In this document: positions 29,023 through 38,152 of the stretch, one piece after another
Numbering within the stretch: position 1 is the stretch's first letter
Layout of the letters: each line of letters begins with the position of its first letter
Assembly (NCBI GenBank): GCA_050294405.1
Contig: JBNKOC010000016.1
Location: 325,178-389,177 of the forward strand
Direction of reading: 5' to 3'
DNA: 64,000 nucleotides
From: Fibrobacteria bacterium
GTDB taxonomy: Bacteria > Fibrobacterota > Fibrobacteria > UBA11236 > JADFYW01
Notes under the pieces: generated by a model
The model's database searches: none
What the model was told of the DNA's origin: nothing
The model's input: only the letters and a program-made list of their open reading frames with translations
Program-made: the position numbers and the translations under genes

Positions 29023-30147
29023 TTAGAATTCGAAGGCCAGGGTGGTTTGAAAAATATTGGCGGAAAAATCCTGGGTATTGATATAGCGAAAATATTCCAG
29101 GGATAATCTGGCGTTTTCCAAAAATAATAATCCCGGTCGTTTTTCACCCAAACCCCGCAAGTAATAATCGGCAGAAACCCCAAAGTTATTGGAGTTAAAG
29201 GCCCTTAACTTGTAATCATTAGAGAAAAGGGATTCGTTCCCACTGTACTGGGTTTTATTAAAATAGGTGGCGGATTGGGTATAATAGCGATAATTAGGAG
29301 ATATAATCAGGTTTTTTGTGACGTATTTATTGAGCTTCAAGGAAATGGTGTGAGATTCCATTCCCTTTTTTTTGGTTTTTTCCCATTGGTCCATATAATA
29401 CCGGTAGTTAATATGAAAGGAAAATCTAATGGAAGGGATATATTGCTTTAACCCTAAACATCCGGCATAACGATATCGGTAGTTGGGATGGGTCTCCCGC
29501 AAGGTATCCCCGGCGGCAACCACACTTCGATAGGGATCGCTTAAAAAACCTATGTATTCTGAGTAATCAGCGCCCAACGATAAAATTGTAGTGGGAGAGA
29601 GGAGTTGAGAAAGGGAAATAGAACCTGAACGAACTTCTTTTACCGAATCTGAATAGTTTTGGGTTTGTGAAATGTATCCCACTCTGTCCAGGTTGTACTG
29701 CCCCCTTAAATTGAGGGTTAAATTCTTTTGAAGCATTTCCTGAGTCCAAGCCAGGGCTAAGCTTTGGCTTTCGTAATCTGTTTCGCGACTGGCATACATA
29801 TTAGCCGTAAGCGTGGAGTTTTGGCCAATTTCCTGCTCCAACCCAAGGATAACCTGTCCGCGGTTTTTTTTAAAGATTTTGTCAGGCGCATAAGCAGGAC
29901 GGGAGGCCCCGCTGACTCCATCGGTAATGGGAGGTGTTGTCACCTGATCCAATTCCACATCCATTAGAAACATGGTTTTTGCAAAAATTTGCTTGGCCAG
30001 GGCAAAGGAACTGGTAAATACCTCGTTCTTGCGATTATCGCTAAATACATAGGCGTTATAACTGATTTTATCGGCAAGTAAAAAACCGCTGGAAACCAGA
30101 ACCAATACAATGCTTTTAAATAGAAGGGAGTTTATGTTACGATTCAT
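29023..30147 (-). CDS. DUF3570-family outer-membrane beta-barrel
   Basis: DGVSGAS, SRETDYES, GFLSDPYR, YRYY.D.W and YRYYTQSA; terminal Phe. Confidence 0.85.
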   Translation of the reverse strand: MNRNINSLLFKSIVLVLVSSGFLLADKISYNAYVFSDNRKNEVFTSSFALAKQIFAKTMFLMDVELDQVTTPPITDGVSGASRPAYAPDKIFKKNRGQVILGLEQEIGQNSTLTANMYASRETDYESQSLALAWTQEMLQKNLTLNLRGQYNLDRVGYISQTQNYSDSVKEVRSGSISLSQLLSPTTILSLGADYSEYIGFLSDPYRSVVAAGDTLRETHPNYRYRYAGCLGLKQYIPSIRFSFHINYRYYMDQWEKTKKKGMESHTISLKLNKYVTKNLIISPNYRYYTQSATYFNKTQYSGNESLFSNDYKLRAFNSNNFGVSADYYLRGLGEKRPGLLFLENARLSLEYFRYINTQDFSANIFQTTLAFEF

Positions 30148-30154
30148 GTTTTAA

Positions 30155-30373
30155 TTATTTTGCGCAGCCACAGCCACCAGCAATACCCGATTCACATCCT
30201 TTGCTGCCTTCCATGGTGGAAAAAAATTTTTCTTCCAGAGTTTGTTTTGAAAACGAACCTTGTGAATCCATAATAGGATCAGATAAATGTTCCCTTTCAT
30301 AGGGTTTAACTTTGGCGCAGGAAATTACACACAAAAGTAAAAATGTGGATAAAATTAAAGATGATTTTTTCAT
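30155..30373 (-). CDS. DUF4266-family small lipoprotein
   Basis: SCAKVKPYEREHLSDPIM...GGCGCAK. Confidence 0.88.
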   Translation of the reverse strand: MKKSSLILSTFLLLCVISCAKVKPYEREHLSDPIMDSQGSFSKQTLEEKFFSTMEGSKGCESGIAGGCGCAK

Positions 30374-30873
30374 TTGGCGCTTAACTGGGATAAGATTTTT
30401 TCTATTTCGTTTTCCATGGCAGTTAAATCTTTTTCTGTATAGCCGTCTAATCTTTTTAAAAGTTTACCGGAGCTATCATAAAGAAAAATACTGGGCATGC
30501 CTTCAACCTCATAATAATCCGCAATTTTTTTCTTTTCATCGTGGATATTTGTGAATTTAACCCCTTCTTTTTCCATAAATTTTTCGGCGCTTTTGGAGCT
30601 GTTATCCAGGTTTATGCCCACAATTTTAAGCTGGGGGTATTTTTCCTGCATGGCTTGGAGTTTGGGAATAGACTTTCTGCAGGGAATGCACCAAGTGGCC
30701 CAGAAATCCACTAACATCAATTGCCCCTGGTTTTTTTTAAGGGAACTGACTCCCTTTTTACCAAGTAAGGGCCCTTCAATATCTGGCAGAACCAATGGAC
30801 CTTCACCTCCAAAGGAAAGGGCTGCCAAACAAATTAAGGCCCCCATAATTTTTGCCAGATTTGGTATTAACAT
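30370..30873 (-). CDS. TlpA/ResA thiol-disulfide oxidoreductase
   Basis: VDFWATWCIPC and cis-Pro GMP. Start set just after the upstream stop. Confidence 0.92.
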   Translation of the reverse strand: MLIPNLAKIMGALICLAALSFGGEGPLVLPDIEGPLLGKKGVSSLKKNQGQLMLVDFWATWCIPCRKSIPKLQAMQEKYPQLKIVGINLDNSSKSAEKFMEKEGVKFTNIHDEKKKIADYYEVEGMPSIFLYDSSGKLLKRLDGYTEKDLTAMENEIEKILSQLSAK

Positions 30874-30877
30874 AGCT

Positions 30878-33127
30878 TTAATATCCCACTGAGTTTGAAT
30901 ATTGGGTGCCACCATCTATCCATTCTATAAGGCGAAGCAGATCCACATTTTCCGGTAGGAATGGGTCGATTTGACCTTCCGAATTTTTTGTCCAAAGAGC
31001 TGTGTGGTCGTGAGTGTGTCTGGAATGGAGGGCGTCTTCCCCTGGATCTTTATCCAGTTGCCTGCCAAATAAAACCCACATTAAGGGGCTTCTTCGGGCG
31101 CCATCATCGCTTACATAAAAACTGTAGTTCCCATTTTCCGTATTGTTGTTTCTATCATCGGGAGCCAAAGTTTCATATACATGAGTGGGGGCATCTTTAT
31201 TATCTGGATTATCTGAATTTACCGGGTCCAAAGCTGGATTCCAGGCTAGATTCAAACCTCCTGCAGCTTCTGTAGCGTTATGGCATTCGGTGCAGTTTCG
31301 GTCTAAAATAGCCTGAACCGTATTTTCCTTATTGGGGTTGTACCTGTCGGCAAAATCAAGAGTGTCACTAATGGCTGCTGGATGCAGCATTATTTTTTCT
31401 GCATTGTAAAAACCGGACATATAATCAATTTCAGGGTTGATGTTTTTGACCTCACCCTCATCATGTACTGATTCGTCTATATACAGATCAAAAATGGTTT
31501 TATCATTATCATGGGAAGCGTGGCACCCGGTACACATTCTTTTTTCGCCTGGCATAACCTGAACCCAGGTTCGTTGATTCACAATTACCATGGCGTTTTC
31601 ATCGAGAACCTGCATGTGCATGGAAACATTGGCGGGAACCTCAACGGAAAAGGAGCCGTCTTCCCGAATGCTGCCGTAGCCCATCACCCTTTGCTTTTCC
31701 AAATTGGTGTTTCCGATTTCCGCACCCCGGTTATCTCGATTGGCAGGTAAAGGAATAGCTTCTAAAAGGCGCAGATAACGGGCCTTTTCAGAAACTTCTT
31801 CGGATTTCATTTGGCCATCGCTGGGAGATCTTAAACCCACATTGGTGGTAAAAAAGAATCCTGTAGGAGGCTCCGCATTAGCAGCGGCAGCGCCTGGATC
31901 AAATTGGGGAAGACTGCTTTGAAATTGTTTGGGAACTGGCAATTTTGAATCGGCAGGTTCAATGGGAACAGGGTCGAATTCCGTTCCATTTGGATCATCC
32001 CACACCAATTTGGGTTGGCCCCCTTTTTTATCCAATACATATATGCCGTAATTAACAGGACCTTCGGGGTTGTTCCCGTTTTCAAAAACCACGCCTTGGG
32101 CGGCGGCCGTTACAATTTTTTCCACGCCGTTATCCATTATGGGATGGGGGGTGGTAAACAGCCATTGGTCGTTATCGCCATCGTAAGGCGAGCCACCGGG
32201 AGTTACATAGGTTAAGGCGTTATCGGATTTGGAAATATCAATAAGACCGATGGCTCCACCGGCAAAATCAGAACCCCGTTCCATTACCGAAACCACCATA
32301 CGTCCATCCCGCATTTCTCGCATATCCAGAAAAGAGGCGTTTCCTACTGGAGAATGGTTTCCGTACAGAACAAAAAGTCCGGTACCATCGGGATTAACTG
32401 TAAAAATGGGCATTTTGTTTGGATCTCCCAAATGTTCCCAGCGGCAGAAATAAATTTTGCCAGATGTATGCACCATGGGGTTTTGGTCGAAACTTTGGTT
32501 AAAAGAAATCTGGCGCACGGAGCTAAAGTGCCCCCGGTCATCGCGCTCAGCGCTTCCCACAAACAAAAGCGGGGATTTGCGCCTTTCGTATTCATCCACA
32601 ATCTGGGTGCGGGTAGAGGTAAAAACAATTTCCCCTGTGGGAAGGTAGGCCGGGTCAAAATTATCGCCCACCAGATTGTTAGTCAATTGCGTTAGCTCAT
32701 TTGTAATTAAATCCAGTTCGTATATATGCCAGCGGGCATTGTTGGAATAACTGGGGTCGGAGGAACCCATTCTCATGGAAAAAAGCATTCTTTTATTGTC
32801 TCTGGAAATTTCCGGGTCCATGGCGGCGCCCTGGGTTCTAAAGTAAGTGGAAGAACTCCCCACAGTCCATTTACCCGTAAGGTTTACTGTATCGCCTCTG
32901 GGTGAAGCCGGGGAGAGCTTATAGATGTTAGTGCCTTCGATATTCCGAAAATCCGCATTGCTGTGGTCGGGTCTGAAGTTGCGCAATTCCTGATTGGGGA
33001 TGCGCACAAAGACGATTCCTGTTTCCTGGGCGGACTTCTCGTAAATTTCGTCTCCGGGATCTAAACAACCGATAAAAAATACGCTCCCGGTAAGTAAGGC
33101 AGACAAAAACTTAATATGTGTTAGCAT
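30878..33127 (-). CDS. Hydrazine-synthase-alpha-like lipoprotein (beta-propeller plus two c-type heme motifs)
   Basis: Lipobox FIGC; DPAYLPTGEIVFTSTR, RWEH, NPDGT and DGSF..EVPAN...PGEKRMCTGCH; second motif CTECH. Confidence 0.85.
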   Translation of the reverse strand: MLTHIKFLSALLTGSVFFIGCLDPGDEIYEKSAQETGIVFVRIPNQELRNFRPDHSNADFRNIEGTNIYKLSPASPRGDTVNLTGKWTVGSSSTYFRTQGAAMDPEISRDNKRMLFSMRMGSSDPSYSNNARWHIYELDLITNELTQLTNNLVGDNFDPAYLPTGEIVFTSTRTQIVDEYERRKSPLLFVGSAERDDRGHFSSVRQISFNQSFDQNPMVHTSGKIYFCRWEHLGDPNKMPIFTVNPDGTGLFVLYGNHSPVGNASFLDMREMRDGRMVVSVMERGSDFAGGAIGLIDISKSDNALTYVTPGGSPYDGDNDQWLFTTPHPIMDNGVEKIVTAAAQGVVFENGNNPEGPVNYGIYVLDKKGGQPKLVWDDPNGTEFDPVPIEPADSKLPVPKQFQSSLPQFDPGAAAANAEPPTGFFFTTNVGLRSPSDGQMKSEEVSEKARYLRLLEAIPLPANRDNRGAEIGNTNLEKQRVMGYGSIREDGSFSVEVPANVSMHMQVLDENAMVIVNQRTWVQVMPGEKRMCTGCHASHDNDKTIFDLYIDESVHDEGEVKNINPEIDYMSGFYNAEKIMLHPAAISDTLDFADRYNPNKENTVQAILDRNCTECHNATEAAGGLNLAWNPALDPVNSDNPDNKDAPTHVYETLAPDDRNNNTENGNYSFYVSDDGARRSPLMWVLFGRQLDKDPGEDALHSRHTHDHTALWTKNSEGQIDPFLPENVDLLRLIEWIDGGTQYSNSVGY

Positions 33128-33147
33128 ATTGTCCTCCAGCTCTTATG

Positions 33148-33822
33148 TTATTTTCCAAGTCTGTATTGAAAGCCTAAATACAGATGGATATTATGGGTGA
33201 TAAACTTGGATGGATATACCCGGGGGAAATATATCCGGTCTTTAACGCCGTAATGCAACGAAAATTCTTTTTTCGTGCCTTTATGAATAATACCACCAAA
33301 ACCCAAAAGTCCGCCAGGATTGAAAAAGCCGCCCTGATAGACTAATGTGGCTCCACCCATAAAATAAGGCAAAAGCCGCTTTTTGGAGTCGCTAATATAC
33401 AGTTTTTTTTCGGAACCCAGGATTTTGGCCAAAGAAATGTCCAAATTGACCATCCAGTCGCTTTCATAAAGGCCCTGAGTGACCAATGGAATTTCACTTT
33501 CCAGCAAAAACCAGCCACCAGCTCCCACGCCAGCCTCGGCAAACCACTTATTACCCCTGAAAAAATACTGGTATTTACCATCGGCATACAGGGTGCGCCC
33601 AAAGGTTTCCACAATGTTGTAACCCAGGCTAAAAGAGATTTCCTGCAAATCCAGATTTTTGCGAAAAGCCTTTTTAATGTTTTTGCTGGTGCTTTCTTCC
33701 GTTTTAGGTCTCGCCGCGCTGGTCTTTTTATAACCGGCCTTGGCCAGAATCAATGTTTCTGATGCGAATAGGGAAGACATTAAAAAAGTCAGTAAAAACA
33801 ATGTTAAGGGCTTTTTAATCAT
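33148..33822 (-). CDS. Outer-membrane beta-barrel protein
   Basis: Signal peptide; PYFMGGA; C-terminal HNIHLYLGFQY. Confidence 0.65.
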   Translation of the reverse strand: MIKKPLTLFLLTFLMSSLFASETLILAKAGYKKTSAARPKTEESTSKNIKKAFRKNLDLQEISFSLGYNIVETFGRTLYADGKYQYFFRGNKWFAEAGVGAGGWFLLESEIPLVTQGLYESDWMVNLDISLAKILGSEKKLYISDSKKRLLPYFMGGATLVYQGGFFNPGGLLGFGGIIHKGTKKEFSLHYGVKDRIYFPRVYPSKFITHNIHLYLGFQYRLGK

Positions 33823-34383
33823 TTATTCCTGCTCTGTTTTGCCAAAGGCCAAAATAATGCCCAGGGTGAATTTTTGGTAAAAGAGCAATTCATCCCGATT
33901 GCTGCTGTTGTTTTTTACCAATGTTAGTATCTGGCCAATTTCACCCCGGATGCCCACCAAGTCGTTAAAATAATGCTTGAGCCCGCCTCCGAACAATATA
34001 TGTCCAGTGGTGAGAGTTTTAGCGCCAATGGCATTGTCCGGCACTGTAATAGACATTCCCCCGCCAATTAATCCGTAGGGCACCGAGTGGTGGAAAATTC
34101 CCAGGGGAAAAAGCAGGCCAAAGGTTAATGGATATAAAGTGGTGTAATTGCCGGTTATTAAATTAAAGGAAAGTTCCAAATCCACTTTGGGGTAACTCAT
34201 GGCTCCGGTAACTCCAAATAAGGGGCTCGCTCCCGCATAACCTATTTGTGGCGCCACTTCAAAATGACCTGAGGATTCCTGGCAAACAGCAGGAGTTGTC
34301 CATAACATCGCCATCCCCAAAACCCAAAGGCCCGGTTTTATAAATTGAATTATTTTTAAACCTAACAAAATGTTGGAGCGCAA
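33823..34383 (-). CDS. Outer-membrane beta-barrel protein (OmpA/OmpW-like)
   Basis: VPYGLIGGG and FGGGLKHYFNDLVGIRGE. Confidence 0.7.
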   Translation of the reverse strand: MRSNILLGLKIIQFIKPGLWVLGMAMLWTTPAVCQESSGHFEVAPQIGYAGASPLFGVTGAMSYPKVDLELSFNLITGNYTTLYPLTFGLLFPLGIFHHSVPYGLIGGGMSITVPDNAIGAKTLTTGHILFGGGLKHYFNDLVGIRGEIGQILTLVKNNSSNRDELLFYQKFTLGIILAFGKTEQE

Positions 34384-34548
34384 TTTGGCTCTTCAACCCC
34401 TCCCGACTTTTGGCTGACTTTTCGGTCCCAATTAATTATAGATATTTGTGCAATTAGCGGTGCAAAAAAAAGATTTTCCGGGACTTTGGAAAATCTTGAG
34501 GCAAAGGCTATTGTAAATTTTTTTTGGGCCTTGACCAGTGTTTTAAAC

Positions 34549-35844
34549 TCAAATTTCTAAAAAATTAGCCATTTTATCATGGGCTTTTTTCAACTGGGCC
34601 AGCAAATCAGGGTCTGTGAGGTCTTTTAAGCTAAGTCTATCCCGATAAAAATCCTCTACCCAGTTGCGAAGCCATAAAAGGGTATCGGGGGTGATCTGGA
34701 AACGGGGATTTAGCAAGCTTAAGTTTTTTTGGGAGACTGGCAGCCTCAATCTAAGGCAAGCGGGACCCCCGCCATTTTTCATACTTTGCCTTAAATTCAG
34801 GTATTTTAATTGGGGAAGAGGTATTTTGGATGCGGCCCATTTTTCCAGCAATTTTTCTACTTCCGGCGAGGATTTGCATTCCCAGGGCATAAGCAATAGT
34901 GATTCTTTCTTTGAAAGGCTCACCAACTGGCTGTTAAAGAAATAACTGCCCACTGCTTTATTGAGGGACATTTGTTTTTGGTTGATGGTTAAAAGTTGCA
35001 AGGAGGCCTGACAGCGATTCTCAAAACTCTGTTGAATTTTTTTTATGGAATCTTTGAAACCCGCCCAGGCTTTGTCATGGACGATGAGTACATTTTTGTT
35101 ACTAAGGGCAATTACATCGTTGTGAAAAACTCCGGCATTAATGGCCCCTGGGTTTTGCTCTAAAAAGAGAAAAGCATTTTTTTCAAGTTTCATATTGCTA
35201 CACAATTTTTTTACAGAAGCCAGGCTTTGCCGGGCCGGATATTTTAATTGGTTATTGTGTTTACCATAACAAAAGAGATTTAACCCCGGTCCCTCGTCAG
35301 CTTGCCACAATCGCATATGATTGGCCGCCCCCTCATCGCCAAGGCCTTTTTGTACGGGTAAAGGAGGATGTATGTTATGGGGTAGTTTTCTTAATAATTT
35401 TTTCAACAATTTTGCAGTGGTGTTGGTTTCCTGGGAGCGATGTAGAAAGCTTTCCAGGTTAGCAGGCGTGACCTGTAGTTTATGAGCTATGCTGTCTTCT
35501 TTAGCAATAATGGTCGCTGCATTGGCTGTCCACATAAAAGAAGAAGAACAGGCTGCTGAAAAAACTTGAGGGTTTATTTCGTAGGCCCTTTCCAATACCC
35601 TTATATTTTTGCCTCCAATATTTAATTGCTCTTTTAGCAGAGGAATATTTGGCCTGAAATGGGGAGGTAAAAAATATTGGGGAATGCCTTTTTGCATCCA
35701 GAATTCCATTTTTTTTAAACCCTGCAAAGCGGCTGCTTTGGGGTTAGATATGGCCATCCCGTGTTTTTGAGAGGCTAAATTTCCCCGGGAAAGGGCTCCG
35801 TAATGGTGGGTTGGACCGGGAAGGCCGTCAATGTTAACTTCCAT
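34549..35844 (-). CDS. astB: N-succinylarginine dihydrolase
   Basis: EVNIDGLPGPTHHY, DEGAANH, GVFHNDVI and SMKNGGGPACLRLR. Confidence 0.96.
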   Translation of the reverse strand: MEVNIDGLPGPTHHYGALSRGNLASQKHGMAISNPKAAALQGLKKMEFWMQKGIPQYFLPPHFRPNIPLLKEQLNIGGKNIRVLERAYEINPQVFSAACSSSFMWTANAATIIAKEDSIAHKLQVTPANLESFLHRSQETNTTAKLLKKLLRKLPHNIHPPLPVQKGLGDEGAANHMRLWQADEGPGLNLFCYGKHNNQLKYPARQSLASVKKLCSNMKLEKNAFLFLEQNPGAINAGVFHNDVIALSNKNVLIVHDKAWAGFKDSIKKIQQSFENRCQASLQLLTINQKQMSLNKAVGSYFFNSQLVSLSKKESLLLMPWECKSSPEVEKLLEKWAASKIPLPQLKYLNLRQSMKNGGGPACLRLRLPVSQKNLSLLNPRFQITPDTLLWLRNWVEDFYRDRLSLKDLTDPDLLAQLKKAHDKMANFLEI

Positions 35845-36871
35845 TTTTGTTCCCTTTAAGGGGACTGAAATGAATTTCTTGTCCTGTTTTTAAATCTAAT
35901 CTTGAGGCTGTATTGCTATCCAGGAAAATGTTATTGCCTCTAATATTTACATCCACCAAATAACATTTGAACCGGGCTATATCCTCCGCTGGAGAAAGCA
36001 GGCCGGGAACGGTTTTTGTATCGTCTTTAGAAATACCCTCATAGTTAAATGCTTTTCTTTCTCTTATGCAGCGGATTCTTTTTAAAGGGGCCATAAGAGA
36101 TGGTCCACCTTCGAATATGTCCACCTCGTTTATAAGCTGAAAACCTTCGGATAACAATAAATTTAAAGCTGGCTGGGTATCCGGGTGCACCTTCCCAATT
36201 ACATCCCTGGCGTCCTCGGGAAGTAAATCAATATATATGGGATGTTTAGGGAATAAATCCTGAATAAAAGATTTGTCTAACATGGTCATGTAATCGGCCT
36301 TGGAGTAATCCAGGTGGATAAAATGGCTTCCCACGGCATTCCAAAAAGGGGCGTTTCCTTTTTTATCCACCACTCCTCTTAATTCCGCCAGGACTTTTTT
36401 TTCAAACAAATGGGGAAAACTGGCCATAAACATAAAACGGGAAAGCGACAAAAATCGGCCCAAATTATTTTTTCGCCAATCCGGGTGCAAAAACAAAGTG
36501 CCAATTTCCGAAGGGCCATTGTGCTCGGTTTTGAGTTGCAAGTATTTAATTTCATTACCCAACTGTAGAGATTTGGAATAAAGCCGTTTTTTCTTTATTT
36601 GATAGCTCCAAAAGGGCTGAAACCCTCCCACTTTGGAAACCATCCCCGCAGTTCCTAAAATTTTATGGCTTTCCAAATTCTCTAAAACAAATAAATAAGT
36701 TTCGCCTCCCGGTTTTTGAACAGGGCTGTTGAAAGAGCGCAGCGCCTCATCCAAGAGTTTTTCCAGAACTTTTGGGTCTGGGGTTAAGGTAGTAAGTCCA
36801 GCCTCGCTCAATGAAGCCAACTTAAAAACACTAGCTTTATCCTTTTCCTCAAGGGGTCTAAAAAGAAACAT
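35834..36871 (-). CDS. astA: Arginine N-succinyltransferase
   Basis: SEIGTLFL, LSLSRF.F, AELRG, IG.VHPDTQPA and VDIFEGGP. Confidence 0.95.
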   Translation of the reverse strand: MFLFRPLEEKDKASVFKLASLSEAGLTTLTPDPKVLEKLLDEALRSFNSPVQKPGGETYLFVLENLESHKILGTAGMVSKVGGFQPFWSYQIKKKRLYSKSLQLGNEIKYLQLKTEHNGPSEIGTLFLHPDWRKNNLGRFLSLSRFMFMASFPHLFEKKVLAELRGVVDKKGNAPFWNAVGSHFIHLDYSKADYMTMLDKSFIQDLFPKHPIYIDLLPEDARDVIGKVHPDTQPALNLLLSEGFQLINEVDIFEGGPSLMAPLKRIRCIRERKAFNYEGISKDDTKTVPGLLSPAEDIARFKCYLVDVNIRGNNIFLDSNTASRLDLKTGQEIHFSPLKGNKNGS

Positions 36872-36960
36872 GCCTAGGAAAATACAAAGCTGGTTCATTC
36901 CGTGGTAAAAAAATCCCTGCGAATTGCACTTTGATTGCTAAAACAAGATAATCATAGGAT

Positions 36961-38007
36961 ATGGCCGAACGCTTGATTTTAACTAAAATACCTGGACCTG
37001 ATAAAAAAACTCAGGTCACCCGAATACTCACTCAAATTCCCAATTTAACATCCGGGGTCATTCAAAATCAATTGAAGGCACTGCCCTGGCTTTTGCCCCA
37101 AATTCAGGATTTGAATTTGCAAAAAAACATTGCGGAGAGATTGGAAAAAGTGGGTTGCAGTATAATAGTGAAATATGTGGAGCTCCCTCCCGAAAAAACA
37201 GATGGCCGTTCTACTCAGAAAAAAAAGGAACCAGCTAAAAAAATAGATAGCAAGCCTGTTGAAATTATCAAGCGCAAATATGTACCGCCAGAAGAAATGG
37301 TCTCTCAAATTTCAGCCGTCAAAAATCAAAAGAAAAAAAAAGGCAATCGGGAGTGGGTCGTATTGCTGGGACTTTTATTGTCTGTGGGAATTATTTACTG
37401 GTTAAGCACTCTTTCCTACGGGCCAGATAAAAAAATAAGGCCTACTGAAAAAGTACCGGAACGCAAAACATCAAGTGGAAATTTGGAGAATTCAAATTCT
37501 GATTTGAACTCAAAACAAGGATTATCCCATAACAATGCTACTGGTGATGGAGAAAAATCCAATGGAGAAGGCCAATCCTATTCCCAAAAATTAGAAAAAG
37601 ATTTGGAAAAAAATCCATTTAACACCGAAGCCTGGAATAAATTAATCCGCTATCATCGGGAACAGGGGAATACCCAACGAGCCCGGCAGTTCACTAAAGA
37701 GTCCTGGGAAAAAAACGAAAAGGTTCGCGCTGCTTTGCAAAGTATCGCCCGAAAATTCGGAACTCCGGTACTGCCTATGGAATTAAGCCATGAAAAGTTT
37801 AAAATGGATTTGTATGTTAGGGACGGTGAACCTGCCCTGGAAAAGGGGCAAAAATTGTATGGGGAATTGCAGCCGGATTTTGGGGATAAGCAATTGCAAG
37901 TTTATTTTCGCAGTGAAAGCGGCGATGTTTATGAAATGGATGTTCCCCCGGGAAAAGGGGAATTGGACCAGGAGAGAATGGAACGCTATATTCACAAATG
38001 GCCCTGA
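36961..38007 (+). CDS. Hypothetical membrane protein with a TPR-like segment
   Basis: Single TM helix; NPFNTEAWNKL. Confidence 0.6.
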   Translation: MAERLILTKIPGPDKKTQVTRILTQIPNLTSGVIQNQLKALPWLLPQIQDLNLQKNIAERLEKVGCSIIVKYVELPPEKTDGRSTQKKKEPAKKIDSKPVEIIKRKYVPPEEMVSQISAVKNQKKKKGNREWVVLLGLLLSVGIIYWLSTLSYGPDKKIRPTEKVPERKTSSGNLENSNSDLNSKQGLSHNNATGDGEKSNGEGQSYSQKLEKDLEKNPFNTEAWNKLIRYHREQGNTQRARQFTKESWEKNEKVRAALQSIARKFGTPVLPMELSHEKFKMDLYVRDGEPALEKGQKLYGELQPDFGDKQLQVYFRSESGDVYEMDVPPGKGELDQERMERYIHKWP

Positions 38008-38152
38008 TTAGAGGCTTATTTTTAAGCCGGACTTTGTAAATTTTGGTAATTTTTCGCTGAATTTAAGGGATATATGCTGAAATAATTAAAACCGGCCTTG
38101 CCCCTTGCGCAATTTTTATAATTTCTTGATTTCACATTGAAAAAGGTGGTTT

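Noticed and set aside
30878..33127. True hydrazine synthase (anammox)
   Set aside because: No hzsB, hzsC or hydrazine dehydrogenase is present, and the domain is widespread outside anammox bacteria.
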